DNA of 40,386 nucleotides from a virus (Duplodnaviria > Caudoviricetes). The number at the start of each line of letters is the position of its first letter. The first letter of the stretch is position 1. Position numbers and translations under genes: made by a program. The stretch covers positions 1 to 40,386 of IMG/VR virus record IMGVR_UViG_3300017909_002763, one strand, 5' to 3'. Of the stretch, positions 1-7,745 are shown piece after piece. The notes under the pieces are model-generated. The model did no database searches and was not told where the DNA came from. It saw nothing but the letters and a program-made list of their open reading frames with translations.

Positions 1-33
1 AGGCAGTTGCTCTATCCTCTGAGCTACACGGGC
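1..33 (-). tRNA. tRNA 5' half, truncated by window edge; probably an Arg-type body, anticodon outside window
   Basis: Reverse complement reads GCCCGTG TA GCTC AGAGGATA GAGC A ACTGC CT: acceptor 5' strand, D arm with GG and A20, anticodon stem 5' strand and the CT of the loop. Confidence 0.9.
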
Positions 34-122
34 GGGCAGGGGCAGCCCCTATAACTGCCCCCTTGCATACTTCGAGGGACCAATCTCACGCTATGCCAGA
101 CGCTTCACAACACACTAGGGGA

Positions 123-515
123 CTAGTTCAGGATCTCCAGCTCTTCACCACGCTTGTGGAAGATGTCACCGTGGTCCATGGTGTGCATCTCTCTGATGGT
201 GGACTCCGATCGGCTGACCCTAACGAGGTAGGCACGAGTCCTATACCCGATATTCTCAAGGTATACCCCATAGCTTGAGGGGTCTACGTTGTTCTTGGTA
301 GCCTGGACTTGACCTCGGTGAATCAGCTTGTGCCATGCAGCCAAGCCCCCCTCTCTGTCAAAGAGGTCCAACTCAGCTTTATCAGACGTCAAGAAGAAGT
401 ACCCGTATGACACAGGGTTCATGAACGGGTCGCACGAGATGATATCGTTGCCGAACGTCAGGCTCCTGCCGATGGTCTCGGCATACACCCTGGTGGTGGC
501 GTTGTAATTCAACAT
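123..515 (-). CDS. hypothetical early protein
   Basis: 130-aa ORF packed 1 nt from the upstream gene in a co-oriented block. Confidence 0.75.
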   Translation of the reverse strand: MLNYNATTRVYAETIGRSLTFGNDIISCDPFMNPVSYGYFFLTSDKAELDLFDREGGLAAWHKLIHRGQVQATKNNVDPSSYGVYLENIGYRTRAYLVRVSRSESTIREMHTMDHGDIFHKRGEELEILN

Positions 516-516
516 A

Positions 517-900
517 TCACTCTCCCTTGCAGGCCAACAGCTTCCACACCTTGGTCATGATGGCCTCGCTGTGCTCGTCCATCGTCTTCTTCGTAGCCTC
601 GTCGCCAAGACTACGCAGATTCTTGAAGGCCTGTTGTCCAACGTCCCAAGCATGGTCGTTCATGCTTTGGTACACAGACCGAGCGATGGCCTCGGCCAAG
701 TCATCAGGTCTGGCGTTGGACTCCGTCTTGTGGACAGTAATCTTCCACAGCTCGTCGGCCATCTCAGGGCTGACGCAGTTCTCGATGTGGTATTGCACAT
801 CGCTCGCTTTGATTTCCTCGTCATCGTGGTCGACGTTGAGGGTGATGGTCACAGAGGACCTGAAGCCGTACTCGCGCAGGCTCTCTTCGAGTTCATTCAT
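517..900 (-). CDS. hypothetical early protein
   Basis: 127-aa acidic ORF, tightly packed with neighbours. Confidence 0.75.
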   Translation of the reverse strand: MNELEESLREYGFRSSVTITLNVDHDDEEIKASDVQYHIENCVSPEMADELWKITVHKTESNARPDDLAEAIARSVYQSMNDHAWDVGQQAFKNLRSLGDEATKKTMDEHSEAIMTKVWKLLACKGE

Positions 901-1072
901 GGGTGAAGTAAATAATGAAAAACGTGATGATCAGTCCGAGCCACCCGTACACTACGAAGTGGAAGGGGGTCAGTCTTTTGTACCATGGCTTCATGGTGTA
1001 GTCTTGGAAGGCAACGCCCTCGTCAGGGATGTCTGCGAAGGCGGACTCTTCCTCGTGCTTATTTCGGGTCAT
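893..1072 (-). CDS. small membrane protein (59 aa, not in ORF track)
   Basis: Own translation: MTRNKHEEESAFADIPDEGVAFQDYTMKPWYKRLTPFHFVVYGWLGLIITFFIIYFTHE. C-terminal hydrophobic helix; fills the gap between neighbours. Confidence 0.65.
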   Translation of the reverse strand: MTRNKHEEESAFADIPDEGVAFQDYTMKPWYKRLTPFHFVVYGWLGLIITFFIIYFTHE

Positions 1073-1241
1073 CTTCAGGGAAGAAATAGGGTTTCACTTG
1101 GGTCATGTACTTGGCGCATCGCGCAAGCTCGGGGCTCACCACATTGCCTGTGATGCGCTTGAGGTTCAGTTCTTGTCGCAGAGATTCGTAGGCCTCGTCG
1201 AAGGCGGCGGCGGCCTCTGCTTTGGATTGTGACTTAGGCAT
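1059..1241 (-). CDS. hypothetical protein (60 aa, MPKSQSKAE...)
   Basis: 3' part of ORF 1059..1418; the ATG at 1241 overlaps the end of the upstream gene. Confidence 0.6.
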   Translation of the reverse strand: MPKSQSKAEAAAAFDEAYESLRQELNLKRITGNVVSPELARCAKYMTQVKPYFFPEDDPK

Positions 1242-1587
1242 TGTGTGGGGGGGGCATTTCTTCAAGGGGGTGACGCACCACGAAGGTCGAGATGGTAAGT
1301 CGCACGACCTGGCCGTCTGCAGTGTATGCGATGGGATTGCCGTCGTCATCCTTGTCGTCGAAAGGGAACTCGGTGTACGTCCAATCGTCAGGCCACTCCG
1401 TAGTGAGAAGCCATTCATCCGTCAGAGGCTCGTCGTAAAAGTTTGTTGGGTTATGTGCAGCCTCGCGGAGCCGAGCGATCAAATGGTCTTGCCTACTGTA
1501 GGTTTCTGTTCCGAAGGCAAGGTAGCCGCTCTCCATACCCTTGCCCGTCTCCATGCATTTGCGTGGGTAGATTTTGATATACGTCAT
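1234..1587 (-). CDS. hypothetical protein
   Basis: 117-aa ORF, ATGA overlap with upstream gene. Confidence 0.7.
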   Translation of the reverse strand: MTYIKIYPRKCMETGKGMESGYLAFGTETYSRQDHLIARLREAAHNPTNFYDEPLTDEWLLTTEWPDDWTYTEFPFDDKDDDGNPIAYTADGQVVRLTISTFVVRHPLEEMPPPHNA

Positions 1588-1907
1588 GACCCAATCTTTT
1601 CTCTGATGTGCATGATGGATTCTTGGATGTTGCCGACCAAGGTGCGCACAGTACTGGACGGGATGTACACCCCATCCTCTGCGGACAACTCGGCGATAGA
1701 CTGAGCGTCCTCATCCATACTCTCAAGCAATTGCTTGATGTCTTGCTGATGGAGCAGAGGCGTCTCCATCTCGTCAAGCCTGCGCTTGTAGTACTCCGCC
1801 TTGTCAGCAAGGCGTGGGTCGTCCTCCCACCCTGCGGTGGCAGTGATTTGCGCGAGGCGCTGTTGGAAGTACTCCTTCTTGGGGAGTCTGGGTTTGTTGT
1901 TCCTCAT
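1584..1907 (-). CDS. hypothetical helical protein
   Basis: 107-aa ORF, tightly coupled. Confidence 0.7.
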   Translation of the reverse strand: MRNNKPRLPKKEYFQQRLAQITATAGWEDDPRLADKAEYYKRRLDEMETPLLHQQDIKQLLESMDEDAQSIAELSAEDGVYIPSSTVRTLVGNIQESIMHIREKIGS

Positions 1908-1908
1908 G

Positions 1909-2142
1909 TCAGTGCGGGAGGTTGAATTTGAATGCGATGGTGGCTCTGATGTGCTCTGAGATGGCTTCGACTAAGCCGTCATTGTCCTCGAACGTAGCCA
2001 CCAAAATGGTTTCGAGGTCTTCACGATTGTAGGGTTTGGGGATGTCCATATCCTCCATCTCCGCTTCTACGTCAGAGATGCGCCACTTCATTTCGGGGCC
2101 AATGTAAACCCCCTCTTCGCTTATGTGTTCATGCTTTTTCAT
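1909..2142 (-). CDS. hypothetical protein
   Basis: 77-aa ORF with 1-nt spacing on both sides. Confidence 0.7.
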   Translation of the reverse strand: MKKHEHISEEGVYIGPEMKWRISDVEAEMEDMDIPKPYNREDLETILVATFEDNDGLVEAISEHIRATIAFKFNLPH

Positions 2143-2143
2143 G

Positions 2144-2881
2144 TCAGTGCATGTTGATCTTGATGTTCTTGCGGCCTTTACCTGTCACACCTGAACACAG
2201 GCCGCACTTGGCACAGGTCGTGAGTGATAGTTCTGCAGAGGCAGGGCATTGCACTGCCGTGGAGGTGTCGTCGGGTTCGACGCACACGAAGGACCGCCAC
2301 CCTGTGATGGAGGCGGCGTCCTTGTCGCTGTGGGCAGAGGCCATGAAGAAGGCCTTGTATGCTTGCGCCCACTCCTTGCGTGCTTGGTGGGTGTAGCCTG
2401 TCCACCTGACCTCGGGACGTTTGGACAGCACGATGTCACCGACGAGGTCGATCGGCAGGAGCGATGGCTCGCCGTAGGTGCCGAAGCGTATGTAGTCGGC
2501 ACGCTCTGCCATCTTCATGATGCTGGCCCTGTCGACTGCATCGAGGCCGTAGAAGACCTCGTCGTTCTTGCAGATGGAACGGAGCATGGACAGGAAGCCC
2601 TTGTACTGCCCGACCTTGTGGGTGTAGCAGTTGCCGTCACCTGCGTTGTTGGACAGCGGGCAGTCGAGACAGCACGCCTCGTCGAGGTCGAAGAACTGCT
2701 TCATACTGAACTTGCTCTTGCCGTCGAGGTGTGACCTGACGAGTGCGAGTTGCCGCAGGTCGAAGTGGTACGTCTGTAGCACCTGCATCCATGGTTCTGC
2801 AATCTTGGCGTTGGTGGTCTTGCCGAGGCGGATGACGTGCAGAACCTTGCCGTCATGCCATGCGACACGCTTGTTACTCAT
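2144..2881 (-). CDS. Cys-rich phage protein, gp88-like / radical-SAM-like putative Fe-S or Zn binder
   Basis: CCLDCPL...GNCY, RFGTYGEPS, WTGYTHQ, FMASAHS and C-terminal CP...CAKCGLC motifs. Confidence 0.65.
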   Translation of the reverse strand: MSNKRVAWHDGKVLHVIRLGKTTNAKIAEPWMQVLQTYHFDLRQLALVRSHLDGKSKFSMKQFFDLDEACCLDCPLSNNAGDGNCYTHKVGQYKGFLSMLRSICKNDEVFYGLDAVDRASIMKMAERADYIRFGTYGEPSLLPIDLVGDIVLSKRPEVRWTGYTHQARKEWAQAYKAFFMASAHSDKDAASITGWRSFVCVEPDDTSTAVQCPASAELSLTTCAKCGLCSGVTGKGRKNIKINMH

Positions 2882-2902
2882 TTGAATTGGCTTTCGTGCA
2901 TA

Positions 2903-3121
2903 TTACTCATCGAATGTCCATGGTACTTTGGGGATACGAGCAAGCACCTCCTCATCGTATAGGTCGGCTGAGTAGGTTACGTACTGCGCTCCCCTGTTCC
3001 ATTTTGCGTGGCCTACCTGAAACGACACCAACTTGGGGGTGCGGTGACAGGAGATGTAGGTCCATGGTATAGGGTTCCTACCTTTGGCAAGTGGGAACCG
3101 TTCTCCGTATTTCTGTGTCAT
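2903..3121 (-). CDS. hypothetical protein
   Basis: 72-aa ORF preceded by the shared TRACACCCGA motif. Confidence 0.65.
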   Translation of the reverse strand: MTQKYGERFPLAKGRNPIPWTYISCHRTPKLVSFQVGHAKWNRGAQYVTYSADLYDEEVLARIPKVPWTFDE

Positions 3122-3133
3122 CTGTCTCGGGTG

Positions 3134-3358
3134 TTACAATCCTAGTTGTCTGTTGAGATAAGTGATCATCCTATCACTGCTCAGTTGATAGGCAGTCCAA
3201 CAATAGTATCCAACCTCGCAACTCCGTGGACCCAACCACGGGAGGGCAGGGGCGGTGGCGTATTGGTGTTGGCTGATGTCCTTGAGCGCTTGCAGTCGGG
3301 CGGCACTGATTCCGCCACGACAGTTGCGCTTGCTGTTCAGGAAGTTCGGGTTACTCAT
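3134..3358 (-). CDS. hypothetical protein
   Basis: 74-aa ORF preceded by the shared TRACACCCGA motif. Confidence 0.65.
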   Translation of the reverse strand: MSNPNFLNSKRNCRGGISAARLQALKDISQHQYATAPALPWLGPRSCEVGYYCWTAYQLSSDRMITYLNRQLGL

Positions 3359-3582
3359 CGGTCTCGGGTGTCAGGGTCTCGCTTGTCGCATTCAGGACAG
3401 GGGTAGTAGTCACAGTCTGGGTCGCTTGGGTGTCCCAAGGGTAACTCGCCGTGACCACCACACTCTTCGCACTCGTCTTCGTCGATGTACTCGCAGTGTT
3501 CACCGCACTCAGGACAGATGTCCAACTGATAGCCCCCACCGTCGTCTAGGGAAGCCTCACAGCAGTCGCTTACTTTACCCAT
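3355..3582 (-). CDS. small multi-CxxC zinc-ribbon protein (75 aa)
   Basis: MGKVSDCC...CPECGEHC...CEECGG...CPEC; ATG coupled to upstream stop (TGATG). Confidence 0.7.
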   Translation of the reverse strand: MGKVSDCCEASLDDGGGYQLDICPECGEHCEYIDEDECEECGGHGELPLGHPSDPDCDYYPCPECDKRDPDTRDR

Positions 3583-3866
3583 CACTTGTTCAGGTTGAAT
3601 ACGCTGTCGAGGAAGTCGCTCGTCATGGGACGGGAAGACTCTTCCTGTTGCACCCACTTGAGGATGTCCTTGCATCGCCAATACTCATCGAAGTGCTTCT
3701 TCTTGCGCTCGATGCTCTTGATGTGCTTGTGCAGAGAGACCTGAATCTCACGCAGTTGGTGGTCGCCGTAGTACGAGATTAGTTCTCGTACCTCGGCTTC
3801 GTCGCACTTGAGGAGGGGCTTGGCCCGTAGCTCGGCGATGCGAGCGTCAATCTCTTGGTCGGTCAT
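3582..3866 (-). CDS. hypothetical helical protein
   Basis: 94-aa ORF preceded by the shared TRACACCCGA motif. Confidence 0.7.
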   Translation of the reverse strand: MTDQEIDARIAELRAKPLLKCDEAEVRELISYYGDHQLREIQVSLHKHIKSIERKKKHFDEYWRCKDILKWVQQEESSRPMTSDFLDSVFNLNK

Positions 3867-3878
3867 TTGATTCGGGTG

Positions 3879-4196
3879 TCAATGCCATTCTTTGTAAATG
3901 GTCAGCAGGATGTTGTGCCTTGCATCTTCGTCCCAGACTTGCCATGCGATGATGGAGTCCTCGAAGTTGTCGCTGACATCGTCCCACTCTTCAGCCTTGA
4001 CCACAGGCCATGGATCGTCGCCGTTCCTGAACGGGGACAGCCAATAGGTCAGTTCGTGTAGCAGTTGAGTGAACGCTTCTCGATAAGTCGGGAAGTACTT
4101 CGGGTCGCTCACTTCCGATGTCGAGTTCTTGGTCTTGCTCACATGCAGGACGAACTTTCGCATCTTGGTGTCGTGTGATTTGTAGTGCGCTTCCAT
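3879..4196 (-). CDS. hypothetical protein (MEAHYKSHD...)
   Basis: ATG at 4196 lies 1 nt after the upstream stop, which avoids the overlap of the longer call. Confidence 0.65.
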   Translation of the reverse strand: MEAHYKSHDTKMRKFVLHVSKTKNSTSEVSDPKYFPTYREAFTQLLHELTYWLSPFRNGDDPWPVVKAEEWDDVSDNFEDSIIAWQVWDEDARHNILLTIYKEWH

Positions 4197-4197
4197 C

Positions 4198-4389
4198 TCA
4201 CTTGTATTTGAATTCGATGTACAGGAGCAGGGCGATGATGCACCCACCGCCTACACCCACGACCGCCACGCCTGTGGGGTCGGGGTGCAGGTCTCCGTGG
4301 GTCAGGTAGCCAAAGAACATACCCATCAACGTGCAGTAGCACGCGATGATGGCCATGACACAGGCGGTTGCTGCTTTGTGTGTGTCCAT
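4198..4389 (-). CDS. small two-TM membrane protein
   Basis: Two hydrophobic segments in 63 aa. Confidence 0.65.
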   Translation of the reverse strand: MDTHKAATACVMAIIACYCTLMGMFFGYLTHGDLHPDPTGVAVVGVGGGCIIALLLYIEFKYK

Positions 4390-4390
4390 C

Positions 4391-4645
4391 TCAGTTGAGT
4401 TTGATGATGGTGTATCCGTGTGCCTTGCGTTGGGGCTTGAAGCGGCACTTGTCGAGCACCGCGTTCTTCAGTACGTAGTCAGGCACTCGCTCCTTCTTGG
4501 GCTTGCGCTTGTACCGCGTGCCATTCCTGGCTTGCAGTTCTGCGATGCTGATGCGTCCGACGACTCGGACCTTGGCTTCCTTGCTCATCTTGGGCAGGTC
4601 GAATGCTCCGCTTGATGCGTAGCCTTGGTTGTCTCTGTCTCTCAT
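4391..4645 (-). CDS. small basic protein
   Basis: 84 aa, K/R-rich, TAATG coupling. Confidence 0.65.
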   Translation of the reverse strand: MRDRDNQGYASSGAFDLPKMSKEAKVRVVGRISIAELQARNGTRYKRKPKKERVPDYVLKNAVLDKCRFKPQRKAHGYTIIKLN

Positions 4646-5061
4646 TACTTCTTGCGCTTGAACACCACGGGGGTGGCGAATTCCTTGGTCAGGTCGAAGC
4701 TGTCGAGCAGGATGGTGAAGCCCGCATCGGTTGCGATCTTGCGAGGGGTGAGGCGGTAGTTCATCACCGCGTGTGACGTGTAGCGCTCAGTGTCCATGAC
4801 GAGTTGGTCGTCGAAGTAAACGCGGATGGCGATGGGTTGCGTGATGCGGAATGCATACACTGGCCGCTTGCCAAACTTGTCCTTGAACGCCTGAGCCTTG
4901 TCCTCCATCTCGCGAGCGAAGTTCTGAATCTTGCGTGCGCTTGCATACAAGATGTCGCGTTCGTCGCGCGGGTTGACAATGGTTTGATGCGTGGAAGCAT
5001 CGAGCACGTCTCCGTGCTTGTTGGTCTGTGACAGGGTCACGGTCATGCGAATTTTGGGCAT
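4645..5061 (-). CDS. hypothetical protein, first gene of leftward block
   Basis: 138-aa ORF with natural composition. Confidence 0.75.
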   Translation of the reverse strand: MPKIRMTVTLSQTNKHGDVLDASTHQTIVNPRDERDILYASARKIQNFAREMEDKAQAFKDKFGKRPVYAFRITQPIAIRVYFDDQLVMDTERYTSHAVMNYRLTPRKIATDAGFTILLDSFDLTKEFATPVVFKRKK

Positions 5062-5096
5062 GATATAGGGGGGTATTAGGTCGACACGTCGTTGTG

Positions 5097-5177
5097 TCGT
5101 GCGTAGCGTGGACTCGAACCGCGCCGCGTGCTGGCCGTATCAATAGGCCCCGCGTCCTGCATCCCGCAGGCTACGCG
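5097..5177 (-). ncRNA. tRNA-like structure (non-canonical)
   Basis: Minus strand: GCGTAG/CTACGC acceptor-like stem; CCTGC-GGGAT-GCAGG hairpin; GGCC-N9-GGCC hairpin; T-arm CGCGG TTCGAGT CCACG. Confidence 0.55.
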
Positions 5178-5717
5178 CCCTCATTGTTTTCCGTTCGTGG
5201 CAGGGGTCTACCTATAGTCCGTGGGGGTCGCGGCGGGGGCGTAGGCGTCACGAAGTCGCCGCCCTGATTCGCTGCCCGTGTTGGACGTGGCACATACAAT
5301 TATGGTCGCTACTGCGGGGGCCGTGAAGCCCCACAGGTCCGAACCGCCTCCCGTATGTGAGGGGTCAAGTGACGGCACCTTGTCCCCCTGCCCACGTTGG
5401 ACGGTGCAAAGGTCCAAGGTGGCCCCGTGGGGGGGTCCGTATACGATACACATTGGCGGGGTGGATTGCCCGTCTACCTTCCGTGGTGCGGCCCCGTGCC
5501 GTTACTCCCTGAGCCGTTGGATATCCCATCCAACGCCCCGACCCGTAGTGGGTGCATTCACCGCGCCCCGTTTCCTCGTTTGTACTTAGGGGACGGCTTT
5601 AAAGGTGCCTAGGGTGACCCCTATTCGCAGGGGTCAAAGGTGCCGTGATGTAGCGTGTTATTTCATCGTAGCCCCTACGTAGTGGGTAGTGGGCCGCGCC
5701 CCGTTGGACGCCGTTCG
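5100..5717 (-). ncRNA. candidate large structured ncRNA or structured leader
   Basis: GC-rich, no credible ORF, several hairpins (5516-5536, 5615-5636, 5376-5382 with 5415-5421), internal repeats, upstream promoter-like site. Confidence 0.4.
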
Positions 5718-5721
5718 GGGT

Positions 5722-5751
5722 GCAAGTTAGTCGCAACCTTTGACCCACAAA
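5722..5751 (-). promoter_or_regulatory. putative Bacteroidota-type promoter for the leftward transcript
   Basis: Minus strand TTTG (5751-5748), 18-nt spacer, TAACTTGC (5729-5722); a variant of the -33/-7 consensus. Confidence 0.4.
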
Positions 5752-5795
5752 ACAACCTTCGACAAAGTTGGCACATTCGATTATACACTTTCGGC

Positions 5796-6071
5796 TAACT
5801 GACTGAGAACCAACAAGATAGCCCACGAAAAAAGTTGGTATAATTTCGATAAACGGGAATTGAGGCGGGGGATGCATATTATACGAAAGGGGGGCGGGAT
5901 GTGTTGGTAATTGAAATACAAATACAAAAGTGGGCCACCAACGGCGGGGGACGGGGGGTCAACAAACAACAACGGGAGGGGATTGTACGGGTCTCCCGAT
6001 GGAGGGCAGAACAAATAGCAACACAAAAGGCCCGACCTAGAAGGCATAACTCGTTGAAACTCAGGCAGTTA
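5796..6071. promoter_or_regulatory. two 25-bp spaced palindromes, IHF-site-like (5796-5820, 6047-6071)
   Basis: TAACT-N3-TGA-N3-TCA-N3-AGTTA is perfect at 6047 and degenerate at 5796; close to WATCARNNNNTTR. Confidence 0.5.
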
Positions 6072-6133
6072 GGATCGTGTTAGTATTAGAAAAAACGCTG
6101 AAAAATTGCAGAAATACAAATAGCAACACAAAA
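6011..6133 (+). repeat. 18-bp direct repeat ACAAATAGCAACACAAAA (6011-6028, 6116-6133)
   Basis: Exact repeat read in sequence; the copies flank the 6047 palindrome. Confidence 0.85.
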
Positions 6134-6316
6134 CCGACCGAAAGCAAGTCGATTCCGCAACGCCGAGCCAAGCGCTACGTAATTATATAATCCCCAGGGT
6201 ACATATTTCTCACCCCAATTTCTGATCGTGCAGAACATCGACGAGTTTAAGCTGTTCTACCATAGCCTCATCTCTAACTCTCTCCCCAAACCCTGGCAGT
6301 TGGTCTGTTCAGAGGC

Positions 6317-6347
6317 TTGACTATGTAAATTTTTTGGTGTAACTTTG
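6317..6347 (+). promoter_or_regulatory. Bacteroidota sigma70-type promoter
   Basis: TTG at 6317 and TAACTTTG at 6340-6347 with AT-rich spacer, upstream of the rightward block. Confidence 0.7.
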
Positions 6348-6512
6348 CCAAGACTCAGATGAGACAAACAAATCGAGTTTAAATTAGATAAATAGTCTCT
6401 GTGAGTTAATTATTTTGGTGAATCTGGGGAGGCTATACCCTTTAGGCACGCTCAGTTAAAGTGATACTTTAAGTACAAAGGGTGTATCCCCCCAATATGT
6501 ATCTTTACTGAC

Positions 6513-7745
6513 ATGAAAATCAGGAAGATGCAGCACGGGGGCTACCCCACAAACGTCCAGGAGCTCCTCAGGGGGTTGGAATCCGACTTGAGGCCTAGTT
6601 CTCTGGCCCCTGTACCCAGAGATCCTGACATTGAGACCAACAGGCGCCGCCGTGTTGACCCTCTTAACGCACTTCCGATGCCTTATGGGCCTCAGGACTT
6701 CACCCCACCACCTCCTGAGCGGTCGATCGGTGGGGACCAGGTCTTTTACACCCCAGAAGAATACAGATTCCGCGAATATTCTCGCCCTGGTGGGGGTAGA
6801 GACCAGATGAAAGAGCAGATGGGGGAGGTTGCTGCTGGATTCGTACCTGGTTTGGGGGATGCTCAGGAGCTGGGGTACATAGGTCGGGACGTTGCCGCAG
6901 GTGACTACGACGCAGCTGGCCTTGGTGCCCTGTTGATGCTGCTTCCTGGGGCATTTGGGAAGTATGCTACTGATGCCTACCAGAAGTTCCGCGCTTACCT
7001 CCCTGATCGCAAACGTACTGAAGCGATCGATGATCTCATGAAGAACTATATGACGCGAGAGAACAAGTTCCAGCGTCAGATGCGCCAAGATGAAGAGCGC
7101 ATATTGCGTCAAAACTTTGGGGAGGACATGGAAGAGGCCAGAAGGGGATTCCAACAAGTAGATAACCTTCGTACAGCTGCCCCTATTAATGATATTATGG
7201 AGGTCAGCAGCGATCCAGCTATGCTCAGGGAGTACGGACGACTCCTAGATCCTGATGTGCCGTACACTGAAAAGCGTGAGATCTTGGACCGCCTCGGCAG
7301 TGATGACATTTCTGTAGAGGATGCCATAAAAAATGTTCGTCAAAACTTTGATCAGATCGAAATGTTGACTGGTGATTACTCGGGACAGGACTACGTAGAT
7401 ATCGCAGAGGATGTGATGGGTCTGGCGGCAGGTCGCCGTGGAGGTATGCCCCTTGAGGAGTTTTACCGTCGGATAGCAGGCAACCCTAACCCTGGTCAGC
7501 CTCTAAGTGCGGATCAGGTGAAAGAAATTACTGACATGTTTGATGCAAACTACTATGACAGTGTCATGAGTAGGGTTGCTGATTACTATGAGAAAACTGG
7601 GAAGAACCCGAACATGGAGGAGGTCCTCGAGTTGATCCAAGCTGTTCGACGCCAAGACATGGGGATTTCAAGCCAGGACCTCCTTAGACCTCAGTTCCGA
7701 AATGAGAAGGGCGGTAAGATCCCGTACAAGGTCATCAAGAGATGA
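6513..7745 (+). CDS. putative virion cargo protein with PT-TG-like hydrophobic hairpin and terminal xxGG tags
   Basis: 410 aa; N-term KIRKMQHGG, C-term NEKGGKIPYKVIKR; internal GFVPGLGDAQE...GDYDAAGLGALLMLLPG. Confidence 0.6.
   Translation: MKIRKMQHGGYPTNVQELLRGLESDLRPSSLAPVPRDPDIETNRRRRVDPLNALPMPYGPQDFTPPPPERSIGGDQVFYTPEEYRFREYSRPGGGRDQMKEQMGEVAAGFVPGLGDAQELGYIGRDVAAGDYDAAGLGALLMLLPGAFGKYATDAYQKFRAYLPDRKRTEAIDDLMKNYMTRENKFQRQMRQDEERILRQNFGEDMEEARRGFQQVDNLRTAAPINDIMEVSSDPAMLREYGRLLDPDVPYTEKREILDRLGSDDISVEDAIKNVRQNFDQIEMLTGDYSGQDYVDIAEDVMGLAAGRRGGMPLEEFYRRIAGNPNPGQPLSADQVKEITDMFDANYYDSVMSRVADYYEKTGKNPNMEEVLELIQAVRRQDMGISSQDLLRPQFRNEKGGKIPYKVIKR

Noticed and set aside
527-5031. Plus-strand ORFs over the early block
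   Set aside because: The minus-strand genes tile the region with start/stop coupling; the plus-strand ORFs are shadows.
5270-5710. CRISPR-like mini-array
   Set aside because: Repeats are short, of several kinds and irregularly spaced; there is no repeat-spacer periodicity.
5208-6083. Short ORFs in the divergent region
   Set aside because: Mostly non-ATG starts, Pro/Gly/Arg-rich, mutually overlapping and without coupling; better explained as non-coding.
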